A stretch of 64,000 bases of DNA from Longimicrobiales bacterium (lineage in GTDB: Bacteria > Gemmatimonadota > Gemmatimonadetes > Longimicrobiales > Gaopeijiaceae). Made by a program: the position numbers and the translations under genes. The stretch covers positions 744,001 through 808,000 of the forward strand of contig OY730414.1 of the NCBI GenBank assembly GCA_963422615.1, written 5' to 3'. The notes below the pieces were generated by a model that did not search any database, was not told the origin of the DNA, and worked only from the letters and a program-made list of their open reading frames with translations. This document shows, piece by piece, positions 1 to 9,114 of the stretch; position 1 is the first letter of the stretch; each line of letters begins with the position of its first letter.

Positions 1-79
1 CCCAGGATGGGCTTGATGCGATTCTGCGAAGTCAACTTCGCAGCGGGAATGCTCAAGGCATCCGGCGATTCTGCCGCCT

Positions 80-1564
80 TCAGTTGATTCCGACCCTCCC
101 CGCCACGTCAGCCAACATCTTCGGGGAGTCGTAGCCCACCCCGTCCTTGAAGACGAGGGTCACGTTGCGGATCACCGCCGGATCGGCGGTCAGCTCACCG
201 CTCATGACGACCAGGTCCGCGATCTTGCCGGCCTCAACCGTGCCCAGTTCGTCCAAATTCCCCAGTACTCTGGCGCCGTTGGCGGTCAGCACCTGCACCG
301 CGTCCTCGGGCGCAAAGCCCGCTTCGATCAAGAGCTCGTAGTTGCGCTGGTCCCCGTAACCCGGCAGAGCCCCGCCGTTGCCGGTCGGATCAACGCCCGC
401 AGCGAGCACCCCGCCGGCATCGTGAAACGCTTTTTCGTAGGCCATCGCGTTCTCGAGGAGTTCAACGGGCAGTCCCACTTCGTCAATCTGGGCCTTGGAG
501 GCCAGGTAGTCCTCTCGGACCGCGGGTGCCATGGCGTCCAGGGTGCGCTGATCCCGGACGGGGCGGCCCTGGAAGAAGAGTTCGTACACGGCCAGGGTGG
601 AGGTCATCGGTACACCCGCACCGATCATGGCCCGGAAAGTGTTCGCGACCTCGGGGCTCGAAACGTCCGTCTGGGTGGCGGTGGTCATCAGGTCGGGCGG
701 GCACTCGTCCTTGGCCCGTCCCGGCGTGTAGTCGCTGTTTGTCGGCAAGCCGTGCTCGATGTTGTCGATGCCCAGCTCCACGGCTTCGGTAAAGCTGATG
801 GAGCAAAGGTGGCCCGTGACCTTCATCCCTTGTGCATGGGCTTCGTCGATTGCGGCCTTGAGCTCTGCCGAGCGAATGTTGGTGTAGGCTTTGAGCCAAG
901 TCGCCCCCTCCGCTGCCCAATAGCGAACGAAGCGCCGCGCCTGTTCCGGCGATTCCAGCATGGTCATGGTGGAGACGCCTCCCCCGGCGGTGATGTAGGG
1001 GGCCGTGATGTGTATCCGGGGACCTGGAACCCGCCCGCGATCAATCTCGGCTCGGAGGTTGAGCTCGGCGAAGGGCTGTCGACTCCCGGTGGTGCGAACG
1101 GAGGTGACGCCGCTTCCCAGGTACAGCCTGGGTGCACTGTAGGTGAGTTGGGCGGCACGGCCCCCGGCTGCGGTATAGTAGAGGTGATTGTGAAGGCCGA
1201 TCATGCCGGGGATCACTGTGTGACCGGAAAGGTCCATGACTTCAGCGGCGTTCGGGACATCTACTTCGGCAGCAGACCCTACGGCGGTAATACGATTGCC
1301 CTCCATCACGACCGTCTGATTCGGCCGAACCGGTCCTCCCGTGCCGTCAATCAACGTGACGCCGCGCAGTGCGATGACCTCTGCGTCTACCGCTACGTAC
1401 GCGGCGGCCTGGGAACCCTGGGCGGGTCGCTGACCGGACGCAGGGAGTGCTGCTACAGCCAGAGCCGCTAGAGCGACAGTAGCCCACTTCTTCGTCCCTG
1501 CAAACTTGCTCCGAAGCGTCATCATCATGGTCATGGACCTTACGTCTTTTGTGAGGTGGTTCAC
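80..1564 (-). CDS. Secreted metal-dependent amidohydrolase (imidazolonepropionase-like)
   Basis: N-terminal signal-like segment; 'GHTVIPGMIGLHNH' HxH, 'WLKAY' Lys, 'VTGHL', 'IEHG', 'AGVD', C-terminal 'GTVEAGKIADLVV'; GGGAGG RBS upstream of GTG at 1564. Confidence 0.9.
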   Translation of the reverse strand: MNHLTKDVRSMTMMMTLRSKFAGTKKWATVALAALAVAALPASGQRPAQGSQAAAYVAVDAEVIALRGVTLIDGTGGPVRPNQTVVMEGNRITAVGSAAEVDVPNAAEVMDLSGHTVIPGMIGLHNHLYYTAAGGRAAQLTYSAPRLYLGSGVTSVRTTGSRQPFAELNLRAEIDRGRVPGPRIHITAPYITAGGGVSTMTMLESPEQARRFVRYWAAEGATWLKAYTNIRSAELKAAIDEAHAQGMKVTGHLCSISFTEAVELGIDNIEHGLPTNSDYTPGRAKDECPPDLMTTATQTDVSSPEVANTFRAMIGAGVPMTSTLAVYELFFQGRPVRDQRTLDAMAPAVREDYLASKAQIDEVGLPVELLENAMAYEKAFHDAGGVLAAGVDPTGNGGALPGYGDQRNYELLIEAGFAPEDAVQVLTANGARVLGNLDELGTVEAGKIADLVVMSGELTADPAVIRNVTLVFKDGVGYDSPKMLADVAGRVGIN

Positions 1565-1629
1565 ACTGATCCTCCCCGATGGCTCATATCCCGAAAAAGG
1601 TGCGAATCACACTATCCGTCATTCCGGTG

Positions 1630-1647
1630 GGCGTCAACGTTGACGCC
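1630..1647. promoter_or_regulatory. Perfect 18-bp palindrome GGCGTCAACGTTGACGCC (candidate operator or hairpin)
   Basis: Seen directly in the intergenic gap between the multicopper oxidase stop and the amidohydrolase start. Confidence 0.4.
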
Positions 1648-1722
1648 GCCTGGCCAAGATTTCTGTCCACCGAGCCCAAGCCCACGGCGAGGAACCCCCC
1701 AAAGTCGTTTCTCCTCATCGCT

Positions 1723-4218
1723 TCACGGCTTCGCGGTGAAAACGGTGCGCATGCCCGACTCCAGATGCTCGGATATGTGGCAATGCGCCATCCAGCGCCC
1801 GGGGTTCGTCACTTCAAGAAGGATGTCCGTGGTGGTTCCCACAGGAAGGAGTACGGTGTCCTTCCAAGCGAGATTCTCGTTCTCCACGCCGTTTCGCGCC
1901 AGGACGAGGAAGCGCTGGCCGTGGATGTGGAAGGGGTGTTGCATGGCGTGGAAGGAGCGCCGCTCATTGTGAAGCCGGATCTTGACCACGTCCCCGACGC
2001 GAAAATCCCAGGCGATGTCCATGTTCTCCTGACCCGTGGCCGGGTCCCGCAAGATCCACCGCACCTCTTCCGACGTTGAGTTCCAGTTCATCATGGGCAT
2101 GGTTCCACTCCACTCCACCGGGTGGAAATAGGCGGAGTCGAAACGCATGATTCGATCGACCACGAAGGGGATGTCCCGGGTCTCCATGGCGAAAGTGAGC
2201 TCATGGGCAACGGGATCGTCAAAGTACTCCCGGTAAAGAGCGATCTCCCGGGCGGCGCGGATATGGGTCCGCAGCGTATCGAAGGCGGCTCCGGCGGCGG
2301 TCTTCAGCCCCGGGCCGGACTCCGGCGCCGCGACGAGGACCCTGCCCAGGGTGTCCGTTTCCTGAAAAAAGCTGCCCCCCAGGTGGTCGATTCCCTGGAC
2401 CCGGTTCACCAAGGCCAGCTCTCCGGCGCCGTCGAAGCGTACGTGAACGACGTACCGCTCGGCAGGGCTCAAGACGATGCTCTCCACCCACTCTTCCCGC
2501 TCGAAGGCGCCCACGTCGGTTCCCACCACCTTCATCCTTACCCTCGGCGGCCGCCCGTTTTCAGGCGACCGGTTGGAGGTGGGCGGAACCGTCAGCCGGG
2601 CTCCCAGGGCGGCTTGACGAGCAGATTCGATGGTTCGTGGTTCCCCTTCGAACGAAAGGTTGAAGGTGCGGGTGTTGGAGACGTTGGTAAGGTAGAGGCG
2701 CACGACGTCGCCTTCCCTGACCTCCAGTTCGTAGTCCGGTTCACCATTCACCAACATCAGGTTGCCGAAGCGCCCCATGAGGGCATGGGTGGCGCGCTCC
2801 CGCCCAAATGGCATGGGCTCGTCCCCCGCCATGAGGAAGTCGTCCACCATGAGCACTTCCTCCCGGTCGGCAGGGGCGTAATCGTTGGGCTGGCGGGGTT
2901 CAACCAGCATGTTCCCGTAGAGGCCGAGATCCTTGAGGACGTCCTCCCGGTGGTGGGGGTGGTACCAATAGATGCCCGGATCCGGGAAGAAGACTTCGTA
3001 CCGGAAGGAATCACCCGGCTGAACCGGTTCCTGGGTGATTCCGGGCACGCCGTCCGAGGCGTTGTCGAGGCGGAGGCCGTGCCAATGAATGGTCGTGGGC
3101 CACGCCACCGAGTTGGTGAAGTTCACGGTGATGGTGGCGGCTTCGGGTACGTGGAGCAGAGGTCCCGGGTACTGCCCGTTGAAGCCGTACATGATGTAGT
3201 CGCGACTGCGGATTCGTCTCCGGACCGGTCCCGCTTCGAGAGCGATCGTGTCACCGTCCTCCAGGGAGAGAATCTCCCTGGGCCGAGCGAGGGGCAGGGA
3301 CTCGATCCCGCCACCCGTTCCGGCGTGGCGGTCGGACTCCGGGCCCATGCGGTCGGCGCCGGGCAAGAACGGGTTTGCCTGTGGAGGGGCCAGCTCCATG
3401 AGGGCGGGGAACATGGTCAGGCCTGCCTTCATGGGTGGCCTGGGCCACCCGTTTGGGGCTGTAGCCCCGGCGTGGGCGTGACGGGTCGCGGACGATGTCC
3501 GAGGGCGGGCCACGCTCCCGACGTCCGCTGCCGAGTCCGGGATGGGCCTGGCCATGGCCATAGCTTCCGAACCCGGGTTGGCCCTGCTCGTCCCGGTGGC
3601 GCCGATCATGAATTCCTGCATGTCCGGCGGGGACATGCGGGCGCTAGGAGATGTGGCCCGAAGGAGAAACCGTCCTTCCCACTCCGCTCCGTCCGGCTGT
3701 GCCTCTGCCGTGACCAGGATCATGAACTTGTTGAGGCTGATCTCCCCGATGCTCCGGGTCCCGTTGGCGACGGGCCCGAGGTTCACGATGGTATCGAAGA
3801 GGGGTGTGGCCAGCCATGCGACGATGTGGTCGTAGTCTCCCAGTTCCGCTGGGGCGGGAAGCCCATCCAGCGCCAGAATCCCTTCGTAAAGGTGGTTCCC
3901 ACGGGCGTTGACGGCCACGCCGAACGGTGTGTGTGGGGTTCGCAGCTCCAGGTACCCCGACAGCTCTTCCAATCCGGGCCTTGCCGTGAGGAACACGCAG
4001 TACAGGTCGCGACTGACCGTCAGGCTCGTGCCGGGTGGCGGCGGGGAGTCGTCGCAGGTTGAGGGTGGAAATGGTGGCGTGGGGAGGAGGGTCTCCTGCG
4101 CGGCGGCCGCAGGGGGGCCGGGAGGCGGCGCCAAAAGGAAGACAAAAAGTAGCCCTGACCCCCTTGGAAGCGTTCCTCGGGCAAGCCCCCCGCGCCTCAT
4201 CGCGATTTCGTCTCCCAT
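1723..4218 (-). CDS. Multicopper oxidase (laccase-like) with long N-terminal extension
   Basis: All four Cu-binding motifs present: 'TIHWHG', 'YWYHPH', 'HPFHIHG', 'HCHISEHLESGM'. Confidence 0.93.
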   Translation of the reverse strand: MGDEIAMRRGGLARGTLPRGSGLLFVFLLAPPPGPPAAAAQETLLPTPPFPPSTCDDSPPPPGTSLTVSRDLYCVFLTARPGLEELSGYLELRTPHTPFGVAVNARGNHLYEGILALDGLPAPAELGDYDHIVAWLATPLFDTIVNLGPVANGTRSIGEISLNKFMILVTAEAQPDGAEWEGRFLLRATSPSARMSPPDMQEFMIGATGTSRANPGSEAMAMARPIPDSAADVGSVARPRTSSATRHAHAGATAPNGWPRPPMKAGLTMFPALMELAPPQANPFLPGADRMGPESDRHAGTGGGIESLPLARPREILSLEDGDTIALEAGPVRRRIRSRDYIMYGFNGQYPGPLLHVPEAATITVNFTNSVAWPTTIHWHGLRLDNASDGVPGITQEPVQPGDSFRYEVFFPDPGIYWYHPHHREDVLKDLGLYGNMLVEPRQPNDYAPADREEVLMVDDFLMAGDEPMPFGRERATHALMGRFGNLMLVNGEPDYELEVREGDVVRLYLTNVSNTRTFNLSFEGEPRTIESARQAALGARLTVPPTSNRSPENGRPPRVRMKVVGTDVGAFEREEWVESIVLSPAERYVVHVRFDGAGELALVNRVQGIDHLGGSFFQETDTLGRVLVAAPESGPGLKTAAGAAFDTLRTHIRAAREIALYREYFDDPVAHELTFAMETRDIPFVVDRIMRFDSAYFHPVEWSGTMPMMNWNSTSEEVRWILRDPATGQENMDIAWDFRVGDVVKIRLHNERRSFHAMQHPFHIHGQRFLVLARNGVENENLAWKDTVLLPVGTTTDILLEVTNPGRWMAHCHISEHLESGMRTVFTAKP

Positions 4219-4339
4219 GCTTGTGCCGACACCGTCATCCTGCCGCCGATGCGTACCGGGTTTTCGCGGTCTGCATTCTCATTGACCATACAGCGAAGCT
4301 CAAGTAGCATCGCCGATAAGCGAAACTCCGGCATGATTC

Positions 4340-5320
4340 CTAGAGTTCTGCCCGCTCTTTCACGTAGCGGGCGGCGTCCAGATGAGTTGCAAACCACACG
4401 TCTCCCCGCGCCTTGATGTACCGGATCAGCTCTTGCAAAACCACGATCCGGGACCGGTGGCCGATGACGTGGGGGTGCAGGGTCAAAAGGAACATGGTGC
4501 CCTCCTCGTAGGCCCCATCGAAATCGTCCTGCCAGACCTGAAGCACATCCCGGGGGTTGGCGTAGCTGTTGCCTCGGGGATTGAAGAGGGGAGCGTCGTC
4601 CAAGATCCATTCCACGGGAAGCTCCACCATCCCCGTGGGTTCCCCGTGAGCGTCAATCTCGTAGGGCCGGTCGTCCGCCATGAGGGATGAATCGTAGAAG
4701 AACCCCATCTCCCGAATGATGTCCAGGGTATTCACGCTAAAGTTCCAGGAGGGAGCCCGGTAGCCCAGGGGCCTGACCCCCGTCGCTTCCGTCATGTAGT
4801 TCACGGCTCGCTGAAGAAGGGCCCGTTCGTCTTCGGCCTCCAAACTGGAATTCAGTTCGTGGATCCACCCGTGAATCGCGAATTCGTGATGGCCCGCCGC
4901 TTGGATGACCCCAATCTGTGAAGGGTCCAGGACAAGGCTCACGGCCGGGATGAAGAAGGAGGCCGGGATTCCCTCCCTGTCCAAGAGTTCGACGACCCGA
5001 GGCAGGGCCACCCGAGCGCCGTACTGACCTTGGGACAGGGACCCGACCGTGGCATCCCCGTAGCGGAGGCCGGTCACCGTCTCGTTGTCCACATCGAAAG
5101 AGAAGAGAACCGCCACCCGAGCGCCACCCGGCCACGCGTCCGGCTGGAGGCTGCGCCCCGCCCGCACGGCGTTCACTGTCTCCAAGACCCGTTCGTCGGA
5201 CCAGCGCCAGCCGGGTTCGGCGTCGGGGCCCGAATTGCAGCCCCACGTGGCGGCCATGAGAACCGCGTAGGTCAGTCTTCGCATGGAGCGGGAAAGCGCC
5301 CCTTTCGCCCCGGTTCGCAT
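4340..5320 (-). CDS. Polysaccharide deacetylase (CE4, PuuE/PgdA-like), probable lipoprotein
   Basis: 'FSFDVD', 'HEFAIHGWIHE', 'GYRAPSW', 'LTLHPHVIG'; lipobox-like 'TWGC'; start may be 5284. Confidence 0.88.
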   Translation of the reverse strand: MRTGAKGALSRSMRRLTYAVLMAATWGCNSGPDAEPGWRWSDERVLETVNAVRAGRSLQPDAWPGGARVAVLFSFDVDNETVTGLRYGDATVGSLSQGQYGARVALPRVVELLDREGIPASFFIPAVSLVLDPSQIGVIQAAGHHEFAIHGWIHELNSSLEAEDERALLQRAVNYMTEATGVRPLGYRAPSWNFSVNTLDIIREMGFFYDSSLMADDRPYEIDAHGEPTGMVELPVEWILDDAPLFNPRGNSYANPRDVLQVWQDDFDGAYEEGTMFLLTLHPHVIGHRSRIVVLQELIRYIKARGDVWFATHLDAARYVKERAEL

Positions 5321-5321
5321 T

Positions 5322-6617
5322 TCAGGCCCCCATCTTCCAGAGGGCAATCCCCCCCGCCTGCTTTCCGATGGACGCGGATGCGACCCGGACTCCGGAAGCC
5401 AGGTTGATCACCTCGACCGTTCCCGGGTCGCCCCCGACGCCTTCGACGGTCACAAAGGCATACCGCCCGTCCGGAGTGACGACGACACCGTGGGTCACGC
5501 GCATGAGGGAATCCACCAAGTGGAGCAGTTCGCCCGACTCCAAGTCCCATATCCCCAGCTTGGCGCTTCCCTTGAGGGTGGCGAGAAGCTTGGATCCGTC
5601 CGGCGTCAGGTCCAGATTGTACGGCGCCCCCGGAGCCTCAATTCGGCGGCGGATCTTCCAGTCCTGCAGGTCCACTTCCAGGATCACGTCACCTAGGTTG
5701 CATGGAACGAATACGCGCCGACCGTCCGGATGGGGGGTGACCCATGTGGGGGAGCAGTGTCCCGTCGCCGGTACCTTTGCCATGTGCCCTTCCCCGGGGG
5801 GTGGAGCGGGCTTGTTCGCGAGGAGGTCCAATCTCCGATTCACCTCCAGCGTGGCGCCGTTGATCTCCACCAGCTGATTGTCCATCATGCACGCGGAGTA
5901 GTGCATTGAACCGTCAACGCCGTAACGGGAACCGTGGGGCATGGTGCACGTCACCGTTTCACCGATCGGAAACATGGTTTCCAGGTCCACGATGGAGACC
6001 GTGGACGGGACGTGGTCCCCGTGGAAGTTGGCATTCACCGTCAACGCCACGGTTCCGTGCGGCGGAACGGCGATGGTCGCAGGAAACATCCCCAGCTGGG
6101 CCACGCCCACCACCGTGTCGGTCCCGGTTTCGTACTTGACCAACTGCCCGTTGGGAAAACCGTGGCCCAGGGTCAAGTACCAGTACCGACCTCCCGGATG
6201 CACGAAGACCCCGTGGGGTGCCTCGATTTCGGCGGGAAGCCAGCCCACAACGATGGTCTTCTCAACGGTCAGATCTCCCTGCGCGTCATAGCGGAGGAGG
6301 GCGACTTCGTCTTCGGATTCGGCGGCTACATAGGCCCAGTAGGACTGGGCGGCGGCGGGGCCGGGCAACCCGATCAGGAGCAACGGAAGGACGACCCTTC
6401 GTACGAAATCGAACCCCGAGCGCAGGCCGGTTCTCGGGCTTAGGTGCACAAAACACCGATGCACAACACCCGGAACCAGACGAAAGTCGGCACCCCGGGC
6501 GGGCCAGACCGGCCCTTCCCCCGCTTCCCTCTCCCTCGTTCCGAAAAACCCCGCCCATAGTGACCGGAATGTGGGCGCCCGTTCCTGACCCGGGGCATCT
6601 GTTGCGGCTGGACCCAT
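5322..6617 (-). CDS. YncE/YVTN-type beta-propeller protein
   Basis: Repeated blades 'PHGVFVHPGGRYWY', 'PTWVTPHPDGRRVFV', 'PYNLDLTPDGSKL', 'THGVVVTPDGRYAFV'; upstream part of ORF 5322..7211 overlaps the next gene, so the true start is uncertain. Confidence 0.82.
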   Translation of the reverse strand: MGPAATDAPGQERAPTFRSLWAGFFGTREREAGEGPVWPARGADFRLVPGVVHRCFVHLSPRTGLRSGFDFVRRVVLPLLLIGLPGPAAAQSYWAYVAAESEDEVALLRYDAQGDLTVEKTIVVGWLPAEIEAPHGVFVHPGGRYWYLTLGHGFPNGQLVKYETGTDTVVGVAQLGMFPATIAVPPHGTVALTVNANFHGDHVPSTVSIVDLETMFPIGETVTCTMPHGSRYGVDGSMHYSACMMDNQLVEINGATLEVNRRLDLLANKPAPPPGEGHMAKVPATGHCSPTWVTPHPDGRRVFVPCNLGDVILEVDLQDWKIRRRIEAPGAPYNLDLTPDGSKLLATLKGSAKLGIWDLESGELLHLVDSLMRVTHGVVVTPDGRYAFVTVEGVGGDPGTVEVINLASGVRVASASIGKQAGGIALWKMGA

Positions 6618-6637
6618 GATCGTAAAGACCGCCCGCT

Positions 6638-8728
6638 TCAGGGAACCAAGGTCCGCTGGGGCTGAAGCTTCACGGCCCAAAGCCCCGAAAAGTACTCGGC
6701 GAAGAAAAGGTTGCCCTTGTGGATCTGGGGACCCCAGGTAAAGGGGGCGTTGGCGACCACTCCGTCCGGGTCGTAGGACTTGTACACCGCGATTTCCCGG
6801 CCCTGGTGGTAGAGATTTCCTTTCAATTCCCCGGAAATGTCCACCACTCGGAGGCCCCCGTTGTAGAAGGCCGCGTAGAGGTGGTCTCCGTCGATCCACA
6901 TGTTGTGGGATCCTGCTTCCGGGATTTCGTAACGGGCAACCTCCTCCGGGTTTTCCGGGTCGGTGAAGTCCACGACGTGAATGTAGCCGGCCATGAATTG
7001 AGGCGTGCGCCCCGGGGCCTGTCCGTCGAAGCCGGGGCGACCGATCTCGTCCCCCATGAAGATGTAGAACTTGCCCGTCGGGCTCTTGTAAGGGAACGCG
7101 GCATGGGTGGCGCCGCCGATGTCGGCGAAGCGAGCGATTTCGACGGGATTGTCCGGGCTGCCGCCCTTGTCCCCGCCACCCACGTCGATGACCGCGACGC
7201 CGTCGCCCCAATTCGACGTATACGCGATTCCGTCCACGATCCAGATGTCATGAATTGCGTGTCCGGGCGTATCGAGTTCGAATCGTCCAACCCGGCGGGG
7301 GTTGGCCGGATCCTCGATGTTGATCACGTCGAAGCGGACCCCGTTGTTCACGGCATATACGTGATCTTGGTAGACGAACAAGTTGTGCACGCCACCGGTC
7401 AGTTGGTCGTCGTAGGTGGAAATGACCTCGATGTTGTACGGATCGGTGCAGTCTACGATGACGATGCCGTTGCGCCGATTCGACGCCCCCTCCCGGGAAA
7501 GGACGCACAGCTCCCCGTCCTCCGACACCTTGACGTCATTGGTGGTGCGGGCATCCACGACCAGGGAGTCCGTCAGGACGGGGCTGGCCGGATCCGTAAC
7601 GTCCCACCAGTAGACGCTTCCATGACCGCTGTGGGTCCCCGTGATCGCGTAGTCCCTGCCGTCCACACCCTCCCACACCCAGAGATCCGACGTGGCAACA
7701 TTGCGCACCGCCCCGTGACCCACGAACGCTACTTCTTCCGTGGCGTGGCGGGGCAGGATCTCCACCGTCAAACGGGCTGCATGCCCCGGGACGCCCGCCG
7801 TGACCGTGTAAACGCCGGGCTTGTAGGCCACGAAGCGGCCCGCCAAGTCTACTTCGGCCGGGGGAAAGTCGCCGGTAGCGCTCTCGTCGGGATCGGAGAT
7901 GAGGGAAAATGTGACGGGGATGTCGCTCACGTGGGCGCCCCAGGCATCTCGAGGAATCCCCGTGAAGTGAATGACATCGCCCGTCCTTCCCCGCGCCTGG
8001 CTGGCCTCTACGGACATCGCTGTGACCGGATTCGCCAAGACCTCGTATCGTATCTCGCCAGTGATGCCCTCGGCCGACGCGGAAAGGGTCACGCCGCCTG
8101 GCCTCTGCGCCGTGAACACGCCATAGCGGTCTACGGTGGCGACGGTCTCGTCCGAAGTGCTCCAGGCGATCTCCAGCTCCCGAATGTCGTCGGCCTGGTC
8201 GACCACGGTAGCCTTGTGGCGAACCGCGACCCCTGCGTAGTAGCGCCCTCCGTCCCGGGAGATCTCGATGCGGTCCAAGGGCGGGTAGGCCACCTCGACC
8301 GTCATTGCCGTTCGGGGATTTCCGGCGGTCATGGCAACGACGGTGACTTCGTATCTTCCGCCCTTGAAGGCCTCGACCTCTCCGGTGTTTCGATCCACCG
8401 CCAGCCTTCCCCGGGCGCCCCGGGCGAAGAAGAGCACGGGTGCCTCAATGGCATTGCCGTCGGCATCGAAGACCTGAGCCGTGATCTGTCCCTTTTGTCC
8501 AACTTCCAGGGATAGCGCGGCGGGGTTGACCTGTACGCGGGGGGTCTGTGCGGCTTCTTGTGCCGCTGCCCGTCCTGCCGCCGATGCGGCCAGTGAGGCC
8601 AGAAGCATCGTCAGCCAGCCGAAATGGCACGTCGATTTCACGTTCCGTCGCGCGGACTCCACAACGATCCCACCCTGGAGTGGCGGTGACGTTTCCGGTA
8701 TCGTCGGCTGCATCTTTTTCCTGTTCAT
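6638..8728 (-). CDS. Secreted Ig-like domain + LVIVD-repeat beta-propeller protein
   Basis: Big_2-like 'WSTSDETVATVDRYGVFTA'; LVIVD repeats 'GIVIVDCTDP', 'FDVINIEDPANP', 'GLRVVDISG' with His-bearing 'VHNL', 'IHDI', 'SHNM'. Confidence 0.85.
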   Translation of the reverse strand: MNRKKMQPTIPETSPPLQGGIVVESARRNVKSTCHFGWLTMLLASLAASAAGRAAAQEAAQTPRVQVNPAALSLEVGQKGQITAQVFDADGNAIEAPVLFFARGARGRLAVDRNTGEVEAFKGGRYEVTVVAMTAGNPRTAMTVEVAYPPLDRIEISRDGGRYYAGVAVRHKATVVDQADDIRELEIAWSTSDETVATVDRYGVFTAQRPGGVTLSASAEGITGEIRYEVLANPVTAMSVEASQARGRTGDVIHFTGIPRDAWGAHVSDIPVTFSLISDPDESATGDFPPAEVDLAGRFVAYKPGVYTVTAGVPGHAARLTVEILPRHATEEVAFVGHGAVRNVATSDLWVWEGVDGRDYAITGTHSGHGSVYWWDVTDPASPVLTDSLVVDARTTNDVKVSEDGELCVLSREGASNRRNGIVIVDCTDPYNIEVISTYDDQLTGGVHNLFVYQDHVYAVNNGVRFDVINIEDPANPRRVGRFELDTPGHAIHDIWIVDGIAYTSNWGDGVAVIDVGGGDKGGSPDNPVEIARFADIGGATHAAFPYKSPTGKFYIFMGDEIGRPGFDGQAPGRTPQFMAGYIHVVDFTDPENPEEVARYEIPEAGSHNMWIDGDHLYAAFYNGGLRVVDISGELKGNLYHQGREIAVYKSYDPDGVVANAPFTWGPQIHKGNLFFAEYFSGLWAVKLQPQRTLVP

Positions 8729-9114
8729 AATCTTGACCGTCCTCTTTTCCCACGGATGATTGCCCCGTCGTGATACCTCATGCTCCCCGGGGTTCGCCTG
8801 CTCAAATCTGATGACCGGCCTGCCAACCGCGACCAGCTCGGCCCGCACCAGTGTCCCCGGAACGTCCGCTCCCGCCCGCCAACCGCGGCCGACTAGCCAA
8901 TGTCAAGATTGGCACCCTCCAAGGGGAGACGCAACGTTGACGGGGGGCGGCCCAGCGTGGCGCAGCCCAACGTTGGAGAGGAACCCGGCGGCGACGGCGG
9001 TGTTCAATCGTCTTCGGTCCGCGAAGCCATGATGCCCACGGGTTCCCGCCGAAACCTCTGTGCCCGCTCTCGGGTACGGGGAGGGCCACGACGCATTCGC
9101 TATGGAGAAACCGC

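Noticed and set aside
2122..4062. 646-aa plus-strand ORF (also 6719..8515, 21929..24193, 26168..27451, 60468..61697, 62015..63967)
   Set aside because: Antisense shadows of well-supported genes, expected in high-GC DNA; no recognisable motifs
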